Below are positions 14,721 to 27,894 of a stretch of 64,000 bases of DNA, one piece after another (position 1 is the first letter of the stretch; each line of letters opens with the position of its first letter). Under the pieces are notes generated by a model that worked only from the letters and a program-made list of their open reading frames with translations, was not told the origin of the DNA and made no database searches. A program made the position numbers and the translations under genes. Location of the stretch: contig OZ024755.1 of assembly GCA_964016885.1 (NCBI GenBank), positions 16,864,001 to 16,928,000 on the forward strand, read 5' to 3'. Source of the DNA: Eledone cirrhosa. Taxonomy: Eukaryota.

Positions 14721-16145
14721 AAACTGCTCATTTTAATGTTTATCTGTATGTTAAAATCTTTCATCAAACTTTATTTTAGAAATGTCTGTTACGTAATGTT
14801 CTAAATATCAGCTTAATGATGAAAAATTTAGTTTTTTTATTATTAAATTCCTCTAAATGTTTGATTATTTTCAAAATTTATTCAAACAGATTGATAATAT
14901 ATTTCATTAAAAACACAGCAATGGAAGGATTAAACCAAATAAGTGTTTGGAAAAAAGGAATTTTAGTGCTGCAAAACAAATCTTTAATGCAATGCTGCAA
15001 TCAGCTTTCAGAATGTATCATTATTTTACATCGTGATGCAGTGAGCCATTCATTGCTTTAAAAGCCCCAATGGCTTTGGTGCAATTATCGTGTGCTGCAG
15101 TTGTTGCAGTTATTGCCGATAATATTGGCTACCGGTGATGATATTGGTAAAGAATATTTTTGTGAAGTTCAAGCAGGGAAGGAAGAAGAGGTGTGAATAT
15201 TTTGAAGTTAGTTTGCTAAACCAGTGATCAAGTGATGCAAATGTAAATACTATTTCATACCTGCTGACGAATTTTAAGCGATACATTTAAACTGTAAAAG
15301 AAGAGAGAAGGGAGGTGGTAAAGGATTCTTAACTCCTGATTGAATCTCAGGAGCACCTTCCCGACACACACGTTGTCCTTTGGGCATTTTAAAACCTGCC
15401 ATGGCCCGTCCTTCTGAGGACGGAACACAGCCAATTTCTTTCAGGGAGACAGCGAGAGAAAGAGATTGAGAAGAAAAAAAAGAAGAGTCGACCCTAGTGT
15501 TGGATTGGGGATTCAAGGCCAAGTTGATCTCAGTGGGATTTGAACTCATAATAAGAAGGGTCAAATACTGAAGCCTTTTTAATCCAACGCTCTCGCAGCT
15601 ATACCAATTCGCCGCCTTACATGTATTTGAACTGTAAAGAGAGAAAAAACAAAATGGCGCTAAGCTCAGAATTGTTACTAAGAGACGTTGACACCAAATG
15701 GCACCGTTTGGGCGAGATACTTAACTCATTAATTTATAGATCACAGCAAGTAGTATATTAATGTCCTTGGATAAAGTGGTAACTGTTAGATGTCTCATAA
15801 CTAATATGCTATCGGTGTATACAACCAGCTCACATCAGCACTGCATTGAAACGGTCAATCACCAAGGAAACACTTGATTTATGTAAGATCTCTGATTACT
15901 AACCCAAATAGATGGTTGTCAGCCCACTCTATCGTATTTATTTATTCTATAAGCTGAGGCATCACTCCGTCTTCTTCTGTAGAGAATATAATCGCCACAC
16001 AGGCAATGATGTCAAACAAATCTCTAGGTTCTAACATCTGAATAAACTGTACTACATGTATCTATTATGTGGTGACTTGGTAGAATTGTTAGGGCAGTGG
16101 TTAGAATGTATTTACTATGCGGTGAAAATGTATGTAAATGTATGC

Positions 16146-16206
<61 letters not shown>

Positions 16207-16317
16207 CATTTACATACATATTTATATATTTTTTCTACTCTTCTTTTTCGTCCGTTTGTATCTCAGCCTCACTTTCATATTTCCTAAATATTTTGGTTTT
16301 CAAATCCATATTTAATA

Positions 16318-16436
<119 letters not shown>

Positions 16437-16456
16437 GTGTGTATATATATACACAC

Positions 16457-16507
<51 letters not shown>

Positions 16508-16536
16508 CACACACATACATACACATACACACACAT

Positions 16537-16584
<48 letters not shown>

Positions 16585-16595
16585 ATGTGTATTTA

Positions 16596-16662
<67 letters not shown>

Positions 16663-16671
16663 ATGTGTGTG

Positions 16672-16702
<31 letters not shown>

Positions 16703-16713
16703 ATATATGTGTG

Positions 16714-16753
<40 letters not shown>

Positions 16754-16801
16754 TGTGTATGTGTGTGTGTATATATATATATATATGTGTGTGTATATAT
16801 A

Positions 16802-16869
<68 letters not shown>

Positions 16870-17787
16870 TGCGGGCCATGTGCCAAATGTGGAAACAATT
16901 TAATATAGCATTCTTATAGGATTTAGCCCCTTAATTCTACTATATATGTTATATAATGTGTGGAGGCGAATGATGTAGTAGGTAAATCAATTGTGTGTTA
17001 GCTGAAAGGAATTAAGGCCGTGGTGATGGTGGTGGGGGTGGCGGGTAGATAGAGAAGTGGGTGGGGCAATTAGGGGAGATATTTCACATGTCTTGATGAG
17101 AATTGGTGGGAGGTCGTCCAACAATAAGGTTCTTTTTTGTGGGTGGGTGGGGGGTGGGGGGGGTAAGCAAATGTCAAACCTATAGGAGAAGGTGAGGGGG
17201 TGGAAGTGTGGGGCGGAAAGATAAGGTGGTGTGAAATAGGAGAGGGAGAGAGAAAGGAAGAGAAAGGGGCGAGAGAGGGGAGTGGTGCGAGGATAAGGTA
17301 GTGTGAAAAAATGAGAGCAAAAGAGAGAGAGAGAGAGTGGGCAAGAGAAAAAGGGCGAGAGAATTAGAGAGAAAGGGCACGAGAGAGAGAGAGAGAGGGG
17401 GGACGAGAAAGAGAGAACGGGCGAGACAGTTAGAGAAAAGGGCACGAGAGTGAGAGAGAAAGAGAGAGTGAGATAATGGAAAAAGAAGGAGAGGGTGTGA
17501 AACTGTTACATACATCAGAAGGGTACAATAATATGATGTAGATAGGAGAAAGATGGGTGGTGACAGAGTAAGAGATAAAAAGGCGAAGAGATAGAAAGAG
17601 TAAGACGGATGTAGAGGGTGAATGAGAGATTAAATAGAAGGGCGAAGGTGTGGGAAGAAGTTAGAGTCACACGTACGGAAACAATAGGGAGGAGTGGGTA
17701 ATGAGGTGGAAAGAAATAGAGATAGAGAGATAGGGAGAGCGAATGGAGATAGAAAGAGAGAGAGACAGGGAGGGAGGGAGAGAGAAT

Positions 17788-17841
<54 letters not shown>

Positions 17842-18438
17842 GTAGAAGTAAATAAGGAGATGGCGAAAGAAGGGATGGAAGAGAGGTAGAAAGGGAAAGA
17901 AAGAGAGTGAAAAGAAGAGTGTGAGAGAGCGGGAGAAAACTAAATAAAGAGAAGACGAAAGGAGAGGAAAAAGAGATAGATAGTGAGAGATAGAATGAGT
18001 GAGAGAGTGAGAGTGAATGAGAGAGAGTGAGTGTGACAAAAGGTTAGTGAGGGAGAGAGAGAGAAGCAAATAAAAAGAAGACGAACGAAGGGGTATGAGA
18101 GAGAGAGAGAGAGAGGGGGGAGGGAGAATCAGTGAAAATGTAACAGACACGTGAACGGAACAATTGAGAAAGAAAAGAAAAAAATTGAAGTCAAAAGAAA
18201 AGAAGCTTAAGGAGGGGGGGGGGGGGGTTCCTGTCAGATTAAAGGAAAGAAAAATAAAGTTAGAAGACGAGAGAGAAAGGAAAATAACACACACACACAT
18301 ATATATACATACACATATATACACATACACAGACACACATACACATACGTGTACACACATATATATACAGGTACTCACACACACATACACACATGGGCCG
18401 AATAACTTACGGACGGGCCACTAATATTTCAGGCAAAT

Positions 18439-18478
<40 letters not shown>

Positions 18479-18483
<5 letters not shown>

Positions 18484-18656
18484 AACAAGTGAGACCCCGA
18501 CGGCTGAGCTCAAGCCGTTTCGACGGCTAATTCTGTCGAAACGGCTTGAGCTCAGCCGTCGGGGTCTTACTTGTTCCTATTACCCACTCTACTACCCTAA
18601 GTATTGAGTACTTTGGTGCGTTATGGTCCACCTGGTTCCTTACCACATTTCCTTCG

Positions 18657-18660
<4 letters not shown>
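18479..18660 (+). mobile_element. Family A fold-back element
   Basis: Same palindrome and tail as 2069-2279, between (TA)n tracts. Confidence 0.65.
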
Positions 18661-18687
<27 letters not shown>

Positions 18688-18690
<3 letters not shown>

Positions 18691-19311
18691 GAAAAATGGC
18701 GAGCTGTGTTGTTGCATATATGATATATATAATAAATGAAGAATTAGAAATAGAAGCCAGGACTATCCGTCATCAGTGATCTACTAGCCATCATAGGTAT
18801 TTCTTCACATTACAGACCATATACCTCCGGCTAGGGCGATACAATAACTAAATTAAGTTATTGGGATAAAAAGAGTTGGGTGGAGAAAGAGAGACAGGTA
18901 AATAAACACGAATGGTGAGGCAACGTAAAGAGAGGAAAAAATGAGAAAATCAAGTCAATAATTCATTTTGAACATGAGAACGAGGCGAATATTGACGAGA
19001 AGGCAAAGACACATCTTGGCCGTGCGGATGTGAGCGAGAAAAGAATCTCGTACGGTGTGGGACGATGGAGGAAGTGAGAGAGAGGGTGAGTAGCATAGAG
19101 TGAGTGAGTGAAAGTGTGAGGAAGAGGCTAGCCGAGAGAGGGTGACTAGCAGAGGGGGTGAGTGAAAGTAAGAGGGAGAAGGAGAGAGAAGGGGGAGTGA
19201 GAAAGAGGATAGCAGTAGGGGAAGAGAAAAAGACAGGTCATAGCGAAGGGGAAAGCATATATGAATGAAAAATGGCGTGCTGTGTTGTTGAAAATATGAT
19301 ATATATAATAA

Positions 19312-19315
<4 letters not shown>
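18688..19315. mobile_element. Element with about 50-bp direct terminal repeats in (TA)n, possibly Penelope-like
   Basis: aatgaaaaatggcg(a/t)gctgtgttgttg...atatgatatatataataaat at both ends; purine-rich interior. Confidence 0.4.
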
Positions 19316-19375
<60 letters not shown>

Positions 19376-19540
19376 GGTAGGATCGAAGTCAGTATTGCAT
19401 CATATGTATAAACTTTATTGGAATATTACAATTGTTTCGATGTCAATCACCTCAGGGAACAGTCAAGATGACGGAGTCCCATTCTTATTCGACATCTCAT
19501 ATATGAGAGTTTATACGTGCAAAGACTCATCTAAACCACG

Positions 19541-19589
<49 letters not shown>

Positions 19590-19684
19590 ATAACAAGTTA
19601 TCGTTTAAGTTAATCCAGTTAGAGGTTGTGAGTACTCTGTACTATGGATAGTTTTAACGTACGGCGTTGTTTGACTGAACAAGA

Positions 19685-19796
19685 AGTTTCCGATGATTTG
19701 ATCAGAGACACACACTGTATTTATGGTCGAGTGACGCAATTTCTAGTGATTAGCGGCCTTTAGACTCATCTGATCAATGAAACAATTGTTAATACT
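19685..19796 (+). ncRNA. Degenerate or variant hammerhead motif
   Basis: CCGATGA-T-TTGATCAGA...TCTGATCAA-T-GAAA-CAATTG-TT; 9-bp stem II, palindromic stem III, imperfect stem I (AGTTT/AATACT). Confidence 0.5.
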
Positions 19797-19879
19797 GTAA
19801 ATAAAACCCTTTTTGTACAGCCGACCATGTTATTCTTCACTCTTTCACTATATATATATATATATATCTAGGGCGGGTA

Positions 19880-20149
19880 AAATTCCTGAGACCCATGGAC
19901 GTGTTCTCTGCAGCGTTCTCTGTCCCTCATCATTGCTGCCATGGCTCCAAGAGACCAGTGTCTGTCCTTAGGGCATCAACAAATGTCAACCTCGGTCTCC
20001 CTCTTCCAGTGTGTCCATGCAGGGGCTCCCACAGGAGCACTGAGTGCAGTGTCAACTCTGGATGTCGGTGAGCATGTCTAGCTAACATCAATCTCCTCTG
20101 TGCTTCTCTCGAGCTGACTTTTGGGAGGCTCCCGTACAGCTCTGAGTTC

Positions 20150-20151
<2 letters not shown>
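19880..20151 (-). mobile_element. RTE-clade LINE 3' ORF fragment
   Basis: NSELYGSLPKVS...RRLMLARHAHRHPE...LLWEPLHG...RGRPRLTFVDALRTDTG matches the typical RTE C-terminus. Confidence 0.8.
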
Positions 20152-20216
<65 letters not shown>

Positions 20217-20688
20217 TACCCCTTACTTGTGGTCTTCCCGGTCTCCGTTCGGTAGGTATATATATATACATAGTTTTTTGGGGTTCGTTGACATATAGAG
20301 ATATAAATAGTAATAGAGACATTTACTGCTGCTGTGAACTCCATTATTGCAATAGAGTCAAATTTATTATATATATGTAAGTGTTTCAGAAATTTGATTT
20401 GCAGCCAAGGCGTATCATTTACCCATTTTCCAATGACTCCGTTGATGTTTCAGTTATAGTTGATGTTATATGTACGTTCGTTTATTTCCTGTACAGTGTT
20501 AGATTTAGAAGTCCTGTTCAGAAGTGTGCGAAACCGTATTCGATAGAGGACAGCTCATGACCAAGATCTCTGTTGTTTTTCTTGTTTTTTTTTGTTGTTG
20601 TTGGTTTCTGTACGTTTATTGCTTCCATGCTTCATTGTGTTTGTCCTATTTTGAATTACAAGCACAACTGCGCACGTAACTCCCCCCC

Positions 20689-20743
<55 letters not shown>

Positions 20744-22029
20744 GCATATTATTGTTTGATATATATCTGCACTTACACTCATACATATATACATACACAC
20801 ACATACATATACATACATTCACACATTGATTCATACATACATTCATTCGTACATACATACATTACATAGGTGTGTATGTAGGTATAGCATATTGTTATTT
20901 AGTCATCAACATCAAACTCAGAATGTCTTCTATATTAATACATAAAGAAAAGAAACAAATATCTAAAACTAGAAATATTTCATTATAATAATTTATTTAT
21001 TTAAAAATCTATGAAGAACACACACTATAAAACAAAACCAAAAAGACATCTAAAAACTAAATTTATCAAGAACACACACGTACACACACACACACGCGCG
21101 CACACTCACACACAAAACCCAGACATCTAAAAACTAAATTTATCAACACACACATACGCATACACACATACATCCGCATACACGCACATTCACACACGCA
21201 CACACGCACACGCACACACACACACGCACATGCACACACGCGCGCAAAACCCAGACATCTGAAATCTAAATTTAATAGTGAAAAACATTGAGTTATTAAA
21301 ATTTCAGATTATTAATGACAGCTTTCAAGAAATATTTTTTTTTCTGTTCGTCTGTCTCATTATACTTCATCACATCTCTAATGTCGTATTACGCCTGGTT
21401 TCGTCGTCTCCATGGATAAAAATGTGTAATTTGGCAACGACAAACCTATCGTTCGATTTTAAACTACGAGGGTGGACAATGAAGTTATTAAGAAGAGTTG
21501 AAACGAGGGTAGACTGAGAAGTTCATAAGCTGGCCAAGATACTCTCATGGAATAAACAAATGAGGGTTATTTTCCTCCCTGGAAAGAAACAATATAGTTA
21601 TTAATAAGAAGAGTTGAAACGAAGGTAGGCTGACCAAGATACGCTCATGGAATGACCGAATGAGGTTTATTTTACAGCATAGTCCCTCCCTGGAAAGAAG
21701 TAATGTAGTTATTAAAAAGAGTTGAATTTGATACATGCAAGATTTCATAGCTCTAGCATCACACCTTCATAGTCAGCCCAGGAACTTTTAAGCCCACCCT
21801 CGTATTTGGATGACGCGAACTTTTACGATTGTGTTGTGGGCGCAGCATGGCCGAATGATTAAGAAGTTCGCTTTGCAAACATTAAGTTCCGGGTTCGATT
21901 CTATTGTGTGTCATCTCTGCTAAGTATCATTTACCATAGTTTCTAGATAGAACCATATCACGTGAGTGAACCTGGAGAGGCAGAAACTGCTTGGAGGTCT
22001 ATCGGATTGTCTGTATTTGCAATTTAAAG

Positions 22030-22330
22030 CAGTGATTCTCTAGCAGCGCATTGGGCTTGCAATCGGAAGGTTGTGAGTTCGATTCTCGGATCGGGTGATG
22101 CATTGTATCTTTAAAGAGCAAGACACTTTATTTCACATTGCTCCAGTTTATTCAACTGTAGAAATGAGTTGCAATGTAACTGGTACCAAGTTGTATCGGC
22201 CATAGCCTTTCCCTTGGACAACATCGGTGGCGTGGAGAGAAGGGAGACTGCTGGTCTTCCATAAAGAACCTTGCACAAACTTGTGTCTCGGTGGGAGAAC
22301 ATTTTAGGCGCAAATTCCATCGTCATTCGT
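22030..22330 (+). mobile_element. CORE-like tRNA SINE (other tail)
   Basis: gagttcgattc B box, gagcaagacactttatttcacattgctccag. Relatives at about 4855-5112 (-), 24245-24500 (+), 44040-44250 (-), 51250-51470 (-) and 57170-57388 (-). Confidence 0.7.
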
Positions 22331-22498
22331 GACCGAAGGGGCCTTTTACCAAGTCTCTAGCAATCTATCAACTGTATTGCATTGTAACTGGTAGAAGTCA
22401 TGTCTCCCCCATTTCACTTTTGAGCCGCGATACCTCTCCTGCAGAGCCTACATAGTGGCCATTTTGGCTCCTTGTGTTTGTGACTCCCGATATGCAGA

Positions 22499-22534
<36 letters not shown>

Positions 22535-22614
22535 GGTCAAGTGACTTTTGGGACACTCTAGCATATATATATATATATATATATATATAAATGGCTACAA
22601 AAGAATTCCCAAAT

Positions 22615-22970
22615 ACGGGCGCGAAATTTAATCTACTTGTTCACGTGACAGTCATAATTTCATTTATAACCAATCAAATTACATTTATAAAAAAAACTTT
22701 TCTGAGCCACATTTTTAATTAAAAAGAAACTCAAACACAAGCTGGCGCTAAAGTTGATGTGCTTATTCACGTGACTGCATCAACCAACCAAATTTCACTC
22801 ATATATGAAGAAAAAAATCTTTGCTCCGCCCCTTTTTTTTAAAGGCAACTATAATAAGAACTTTGTAACGCGAACTGGCACGAAATTTATTATACTTATT
22901 CATATGACAGTCATCAACCAACCAAATTACTTTTCTAAAAACCTAGCATTTGGAGCCACCTTTTTTCCAT
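22615..22970. repeat. Three degenerate ~130-bp units with TCACGTGA and CCAA(T) motifs
   Basis: ggcgcgaaattt...ttcacgtgacagtcat...aaccaatcaaatt repeated at about 22618, 22743 and 22876. Confidence 0.6.
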
Positions 22971-23239
22971 ATAAAACAGAAGTAACATTCGAACAACAAC
23001 CAGATGCGAGAAAAACCACAAACCCTCCATCTCAATTCTACTTTTGAAGAGCACAAGAACTGCGAAAACGGTAAAGGACCCAAATAAATATTCTTAAAAA
23101 GACTCCAGTTGCATTTTCGATTTCATATTTTTTCCTTATACTTTCACTCGTGTAGGACATCTCGTTTTTTTTCATTTTGTAAAAAACCCCTCATTTTCTA
23201 ATATCTCTATATATATCTATATACCTATATCTATCTATC

Positions 23240-23354
<115 letters not shown>

Positions 23355-23411
23355 CTATATCTATCTATCTATATGTATCTATATCTATCTATCTCTCTAT
23401 CTCTCTATCTA

Positions 23412-23499
<88 letters not shown>

Positions 23500-23620
23500 T
23501 TAGTTAAGCAAAACAAGACCACAAACTTCACGCTTTGGCTTCTAACTAACTCACCAATCTCTCCTCTCATATCTCCTCTACTATCTCCATCTCTCTCTTT
23601 AAGATTGGTTACTCTTGAAC

Positions 23621-23663
<43 letters not shown>

Positions 23664-23702
23664 AGTATAGAAATTATTGTAGCAAGAAGCCAACAGTATT
23701 CC

Positions 23703-23739
<37 letters not shown>

Positions 23740-24515
23740 TGCATACACGGGTGAGTAAATGAGGATCAAACAAATAAATATAAATGGTGTGAATTATGTG
23801 TCTCTTTATGCCAAGGAGTACTTAGCCTCTCGAGAAATAATAATAATCGATAAAATAAGCATCAGACAAATTACGAGGGTCGTCATAATCGATTTAAATC
23901 TCTGAAAGTGGTTCAGACAGTGAAACCATTAACAGAATAATTGTAAAAAAGTCGGTCACTCCGGTTATATATACATAAAATGTATTAGTGTGTCATCACT
24001 TATCAGGCATAAGAATCACTGAATGTGGAGGGCTGGTTTCACTGAGACAAGACAGTGCCACACACAGATAGACAGACAGATAGTCTCGCCCATCAGCACT
24101 GGAAAGCAGTAAAACTATGAGTGTGTGTAGATAGATAGATAGATAGATAGAGAGAGAGAGTGTGTGTGTAGAGAGAGAGTGTGTGTGTAGAGAGAGAGTG
24201 TGTGTGTAGAGAGAGAGTGTGTGTGTGTGGAGAGAGAGATACATGGAAGCACGAGGTCTAGTTGTAAGAGTGTTGGACTTATGATCATAAACGTCGTGGG
24301 TTACATTCCTGGGTTGCGTGTTGTGTTCTTGAGCAAAACACTTCATTTCACGTTTCTCCAGCTGAAAATGAGTACCAGCAATAGCTGGGAGTTTAACCCT
24401 GCAATGGACTGGCTTCCTCCAAGGGGGAGTCTTGTACTCTCAGTCGCTTCATACCATGAAACCGGGATAAGCACCGGCCAAATGAGCCTTCTGGCTTAAG
24501 ACAGACTTTAGATTT

Positions 24516-24554
<39 letters not shown>

Positions 24555-25032
24555 ATGTGTGTGTGTGTGTGTGTTTGTATGAATTCTTGATTGCGGAAGA
24601 TAATCAGCAAATGGCTCCTTTCCCATTGCCTACATCTTTCTGACCATTCTCAGTCACACCATCTTACAAAGTAAATATGCTTAACCGAGGAGATTTAATA
24701 CGATGGAAACATATCAGTTGCTTCACCAAGGTAACTTATAGATAAGGTGTAATCTCCTTGAATTGTCATAAATTGCTCCGAAAAGCTGGGATCAGCCGAG
24801 GTTTTTGGTGTTACCTCCCTTGCTTGTTTTCCATGACCTGAACAGACCTTGTTTAACTTGGATGGCAATCCGTCTGGGAGAAGGATTACTCTGATTTCAA
24901 GTAGAGGTAGATGGGACTCCTTCTACCTCAGGCCACAATGACTTCATTTTTGTGATGAAGGTGGTTGAGCTGCGGCTTAGTAGCCAGGTTCCATGTAATG
25001 GTCAGACGAGGATTCGGGACCTATCGACATCA

Positions 25033-25069
<37 letters not shown>

Positions 25070-25254
25070 TGGTGGTGGGGGAGAGCTTGGTGCTGTTGTT
25101 ATATTTACAAGGCAGTACTCCAGCCTGACATTTGCTGTGATATCTAAACTAAAACTAAAACCACCTGAAGAACTAAAGATAACTGAAGAATATCTTAAAT
25201 ATTAACGGAAACTTTTTTTTTCTAGTTATTTATTGCTATTTATTTTGAAGATTT

Positions 25255-26232
25255 ACAGTATCGGTAGAGCTTCGGACACCATGCTTTGCTGGATAGAGTT
25301 ACGTCTCTTTACGTTCTGAATTCAAATCCTACCGAGGTTAATTTTGCCTTTCATCTTTATGGGGATCGATAGATAAAGCACCAGTAATACATTGGGGTTC
25401 AATTTAATCGACTTTCTCCTCCCCTTCGAATTGCTGGCCTTGTCCCTAAAGTAGAAAACAATTATTATAAAGCACCAGTAACGCATTGGCATCGATTTAA
25501 ACGATTTTCCTCTCCCTCCAAAATGACTGGCCGTGTGCCTAAATAAGAAACCATTATTATTGGGTTGGCAGTATCGGTAGAGGGTCGGACGCCATGCTTT
25601 GACGCATAGAGTTACGGCCCTTGCCATTCTGAGTTCAATCCCGCCGAGGTTAACTTTGCCTTTCATTCTTACGGGGTCGATAAAATAAAGTACCAGTAAT
25701 GCACTGGGTATTGCTGGTTTTGTGCCAAAAGTAGAAACAATTATTATTTGGTGGATTGGCAGTATCAGTAGAGGGTCGGACGCCATGCTTTGACGCATAG
25801 AGTTACGGCCCTTGCCATTCTGAGTTCAAATCCTGCCTTTCATCCTTACGGGGTCGATAAAATAAAGTACCAGTAATGCACTGGGTAATTGCTGGCCTTG
25901 TGCCAAAAAGTAGAAACAATTATTATTTAGCAATATCGGCTGAGCGTCGGACACCATGCTTTACAAAATAGAGTTACGCCCCTTTATGATCTGAGTTCAA
26001 ATTCCGCCGAAGTTAGCTTTGCCTTTCATCCTTACAGGGTCGATGAAATAAAGCACCAGTAATGCACTGGATCGATTTAATCGACTTTTCCCCCTCTCCC
26101 CAAATTGCTGTACTTGTTCCTATAGTAGAAATCATTATTACAAAGTAACAGTAACTCACTGGGGTCGATTTAATGGACTTTCCCTTCCCATCAAAATTGT
26201 AAGCCTTGTGCCTGAATAAAAAAAATCCATTA
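25255..26232 (+). mobile_element. Head-to-tail S1 SINE array (about 4 near-full and 2 partial copies)
   Basis: Repeated cagtatcggtagag...gagttcaaat...gcctttcatc...gtagaaacaattatt. Confidence 0.85.
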
Positions 26233-27843
26233 TTTTGTTTAACTATAATCTCCGTAGCGACAAGACTTCAGCAGCTATAGCGACGTACCGACATCAACAA
26301 CAGCAGCAGCAGCAACATCAACAAGAGCAATAGCAACAGCAGCAGCAAGTGTCGGGGTGCAGTAAGAGTTAGTGTAATAGATAGAGCTTTATAGCTCTAC
26401 TATTATATTAAAGTAGCAACAGCTGAATTAACAGTATTATTAGTAGAAGCAAGCACCATGCTTCTTCTATTCTTTACTACTACTACCACTACTATTACTA
26501 CTACTTCTACTATTACTACTTACAACTTTCTGTGACGAAGGAGGAACATTTACCGATCACACGTTCTTAGAAAGAACTTTTCACACATATACACACATAC
26601 ATTTACATATATATAATCTTTTATTTTCTAAACTTTAAATTTATTATTGTTTTTGTTGCTGTTGTTTATGTTACAGCGCGTAAAGTTTTATTTTTCCCAC
26701 GTTCTCACACACACACAAACACACTGACCGACACACACTGACTGACACACACATAAACAATCATATCGAGATTTACAAACATTAACAACAGCAATAATAG
26801 TAATAATAAACAATTCTAACTTTATCGAGATCTTTATTATTATTATTTTCTGTACAATTTTCAACAATGATTGTTAAATGTTGTTAAACATACCGTGATT
26901 TATGGCAAATGGAATTAACCAAACTGTGATTTTATACAATTCCTGTAAGTATCTAAAAGAATTTGCAAAAAATACAAAATACTTAAACAATATTGCTCTC
27001 TTTCTCTCTCTGTATCTATCTGAATCTCTCTCTCTCTCCGCGTATCTATCTGTCTGTCTTTTTCGCTCTGTATCTATCTATCTATATCTCCCCTTATCTA
27101 TCTGTCTTCTTCGCTGTATATATCTGTCTATCTTTCTCGCTGTATCTCTCTCTCTCTCTGTATATCTATATCTATCTGTCCGTCATGCTCTTTCCCCCAT
27201 TTTTAAATGTCTGTCTTTCTCTTTCGCCATATTTATCTGTCTGCCTTTCCTTATCGCTGTAGCTATCTGCCTGTCTTTCTCTCTAGCTGTCTTTCGCTCT
27301 AATCTGCTGTCATTTCTTCACTATCCCAAACATCATCCTTCGTCTGCTTCTGTTCATTTCACTTTCTATTTATTGTTTGACATACTTTTTAAAATATACT
27401 TTTATTTATATATATACAGATATATAGAACTTCACCTCAAATTTCATCTGCTGTGTGTGTGATGCCATCTATAGTTTTTCGTTTTTGTTTCATAACGTAG
27501 AGAGAGAAAGTGTGGGGGAAAGGTAAGCTACTAGCAAACACTCCATTAACCAGTTTCATTTCCCGGTTGTTGTTTAATTAAGAGTTAGAAAGAACGGTCC
27601 AAAATTTCTCATGTACTTCCTATCTAAAAGAGATATGGCACAAAGCACATGTAAACAGAAACCAATACAGATTACATTCGACATTATAGATACACATTCG
27701 CCTGCTGTTAAATGCCGCTGATGTAATAATAATAATATAGAGGCGTTATGGTTGAGTGAACACGCAGAAGACAGCAGATAGTACCGTCACATGTGATCTA
27801 GAATACTGGATTAGGCGGCGATGTTTTCTCAAAGCTGGTGATG

Positions 27844-27894
<51 letters not shown>

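Noticed and set aside
15040-15200. Cys-rich coding-like stretch (KAPMALVQLS / CCSCCSYC)
   Set aside because: Frameshifted and stop-containing; probably a DNA-transposon remnant, but too degraded to assign.
17180-18390. Long Leu/Ser/Phe-rich minus-strand ORFs
   Set aside because: GA-rich low-complexity DNA lacks stops on that strand.
18755-18782. Minus-strand CTGATGA as a hammerhead
   Set aside because: No GAAA or stem III follows; at best a deleted relic.
21040-21275. Repeat-spacer pattern agacatctaaaaactaaattta
   Set aside because: The spacers are (CA)n microsatellite; it is a simple local tandem duplication.
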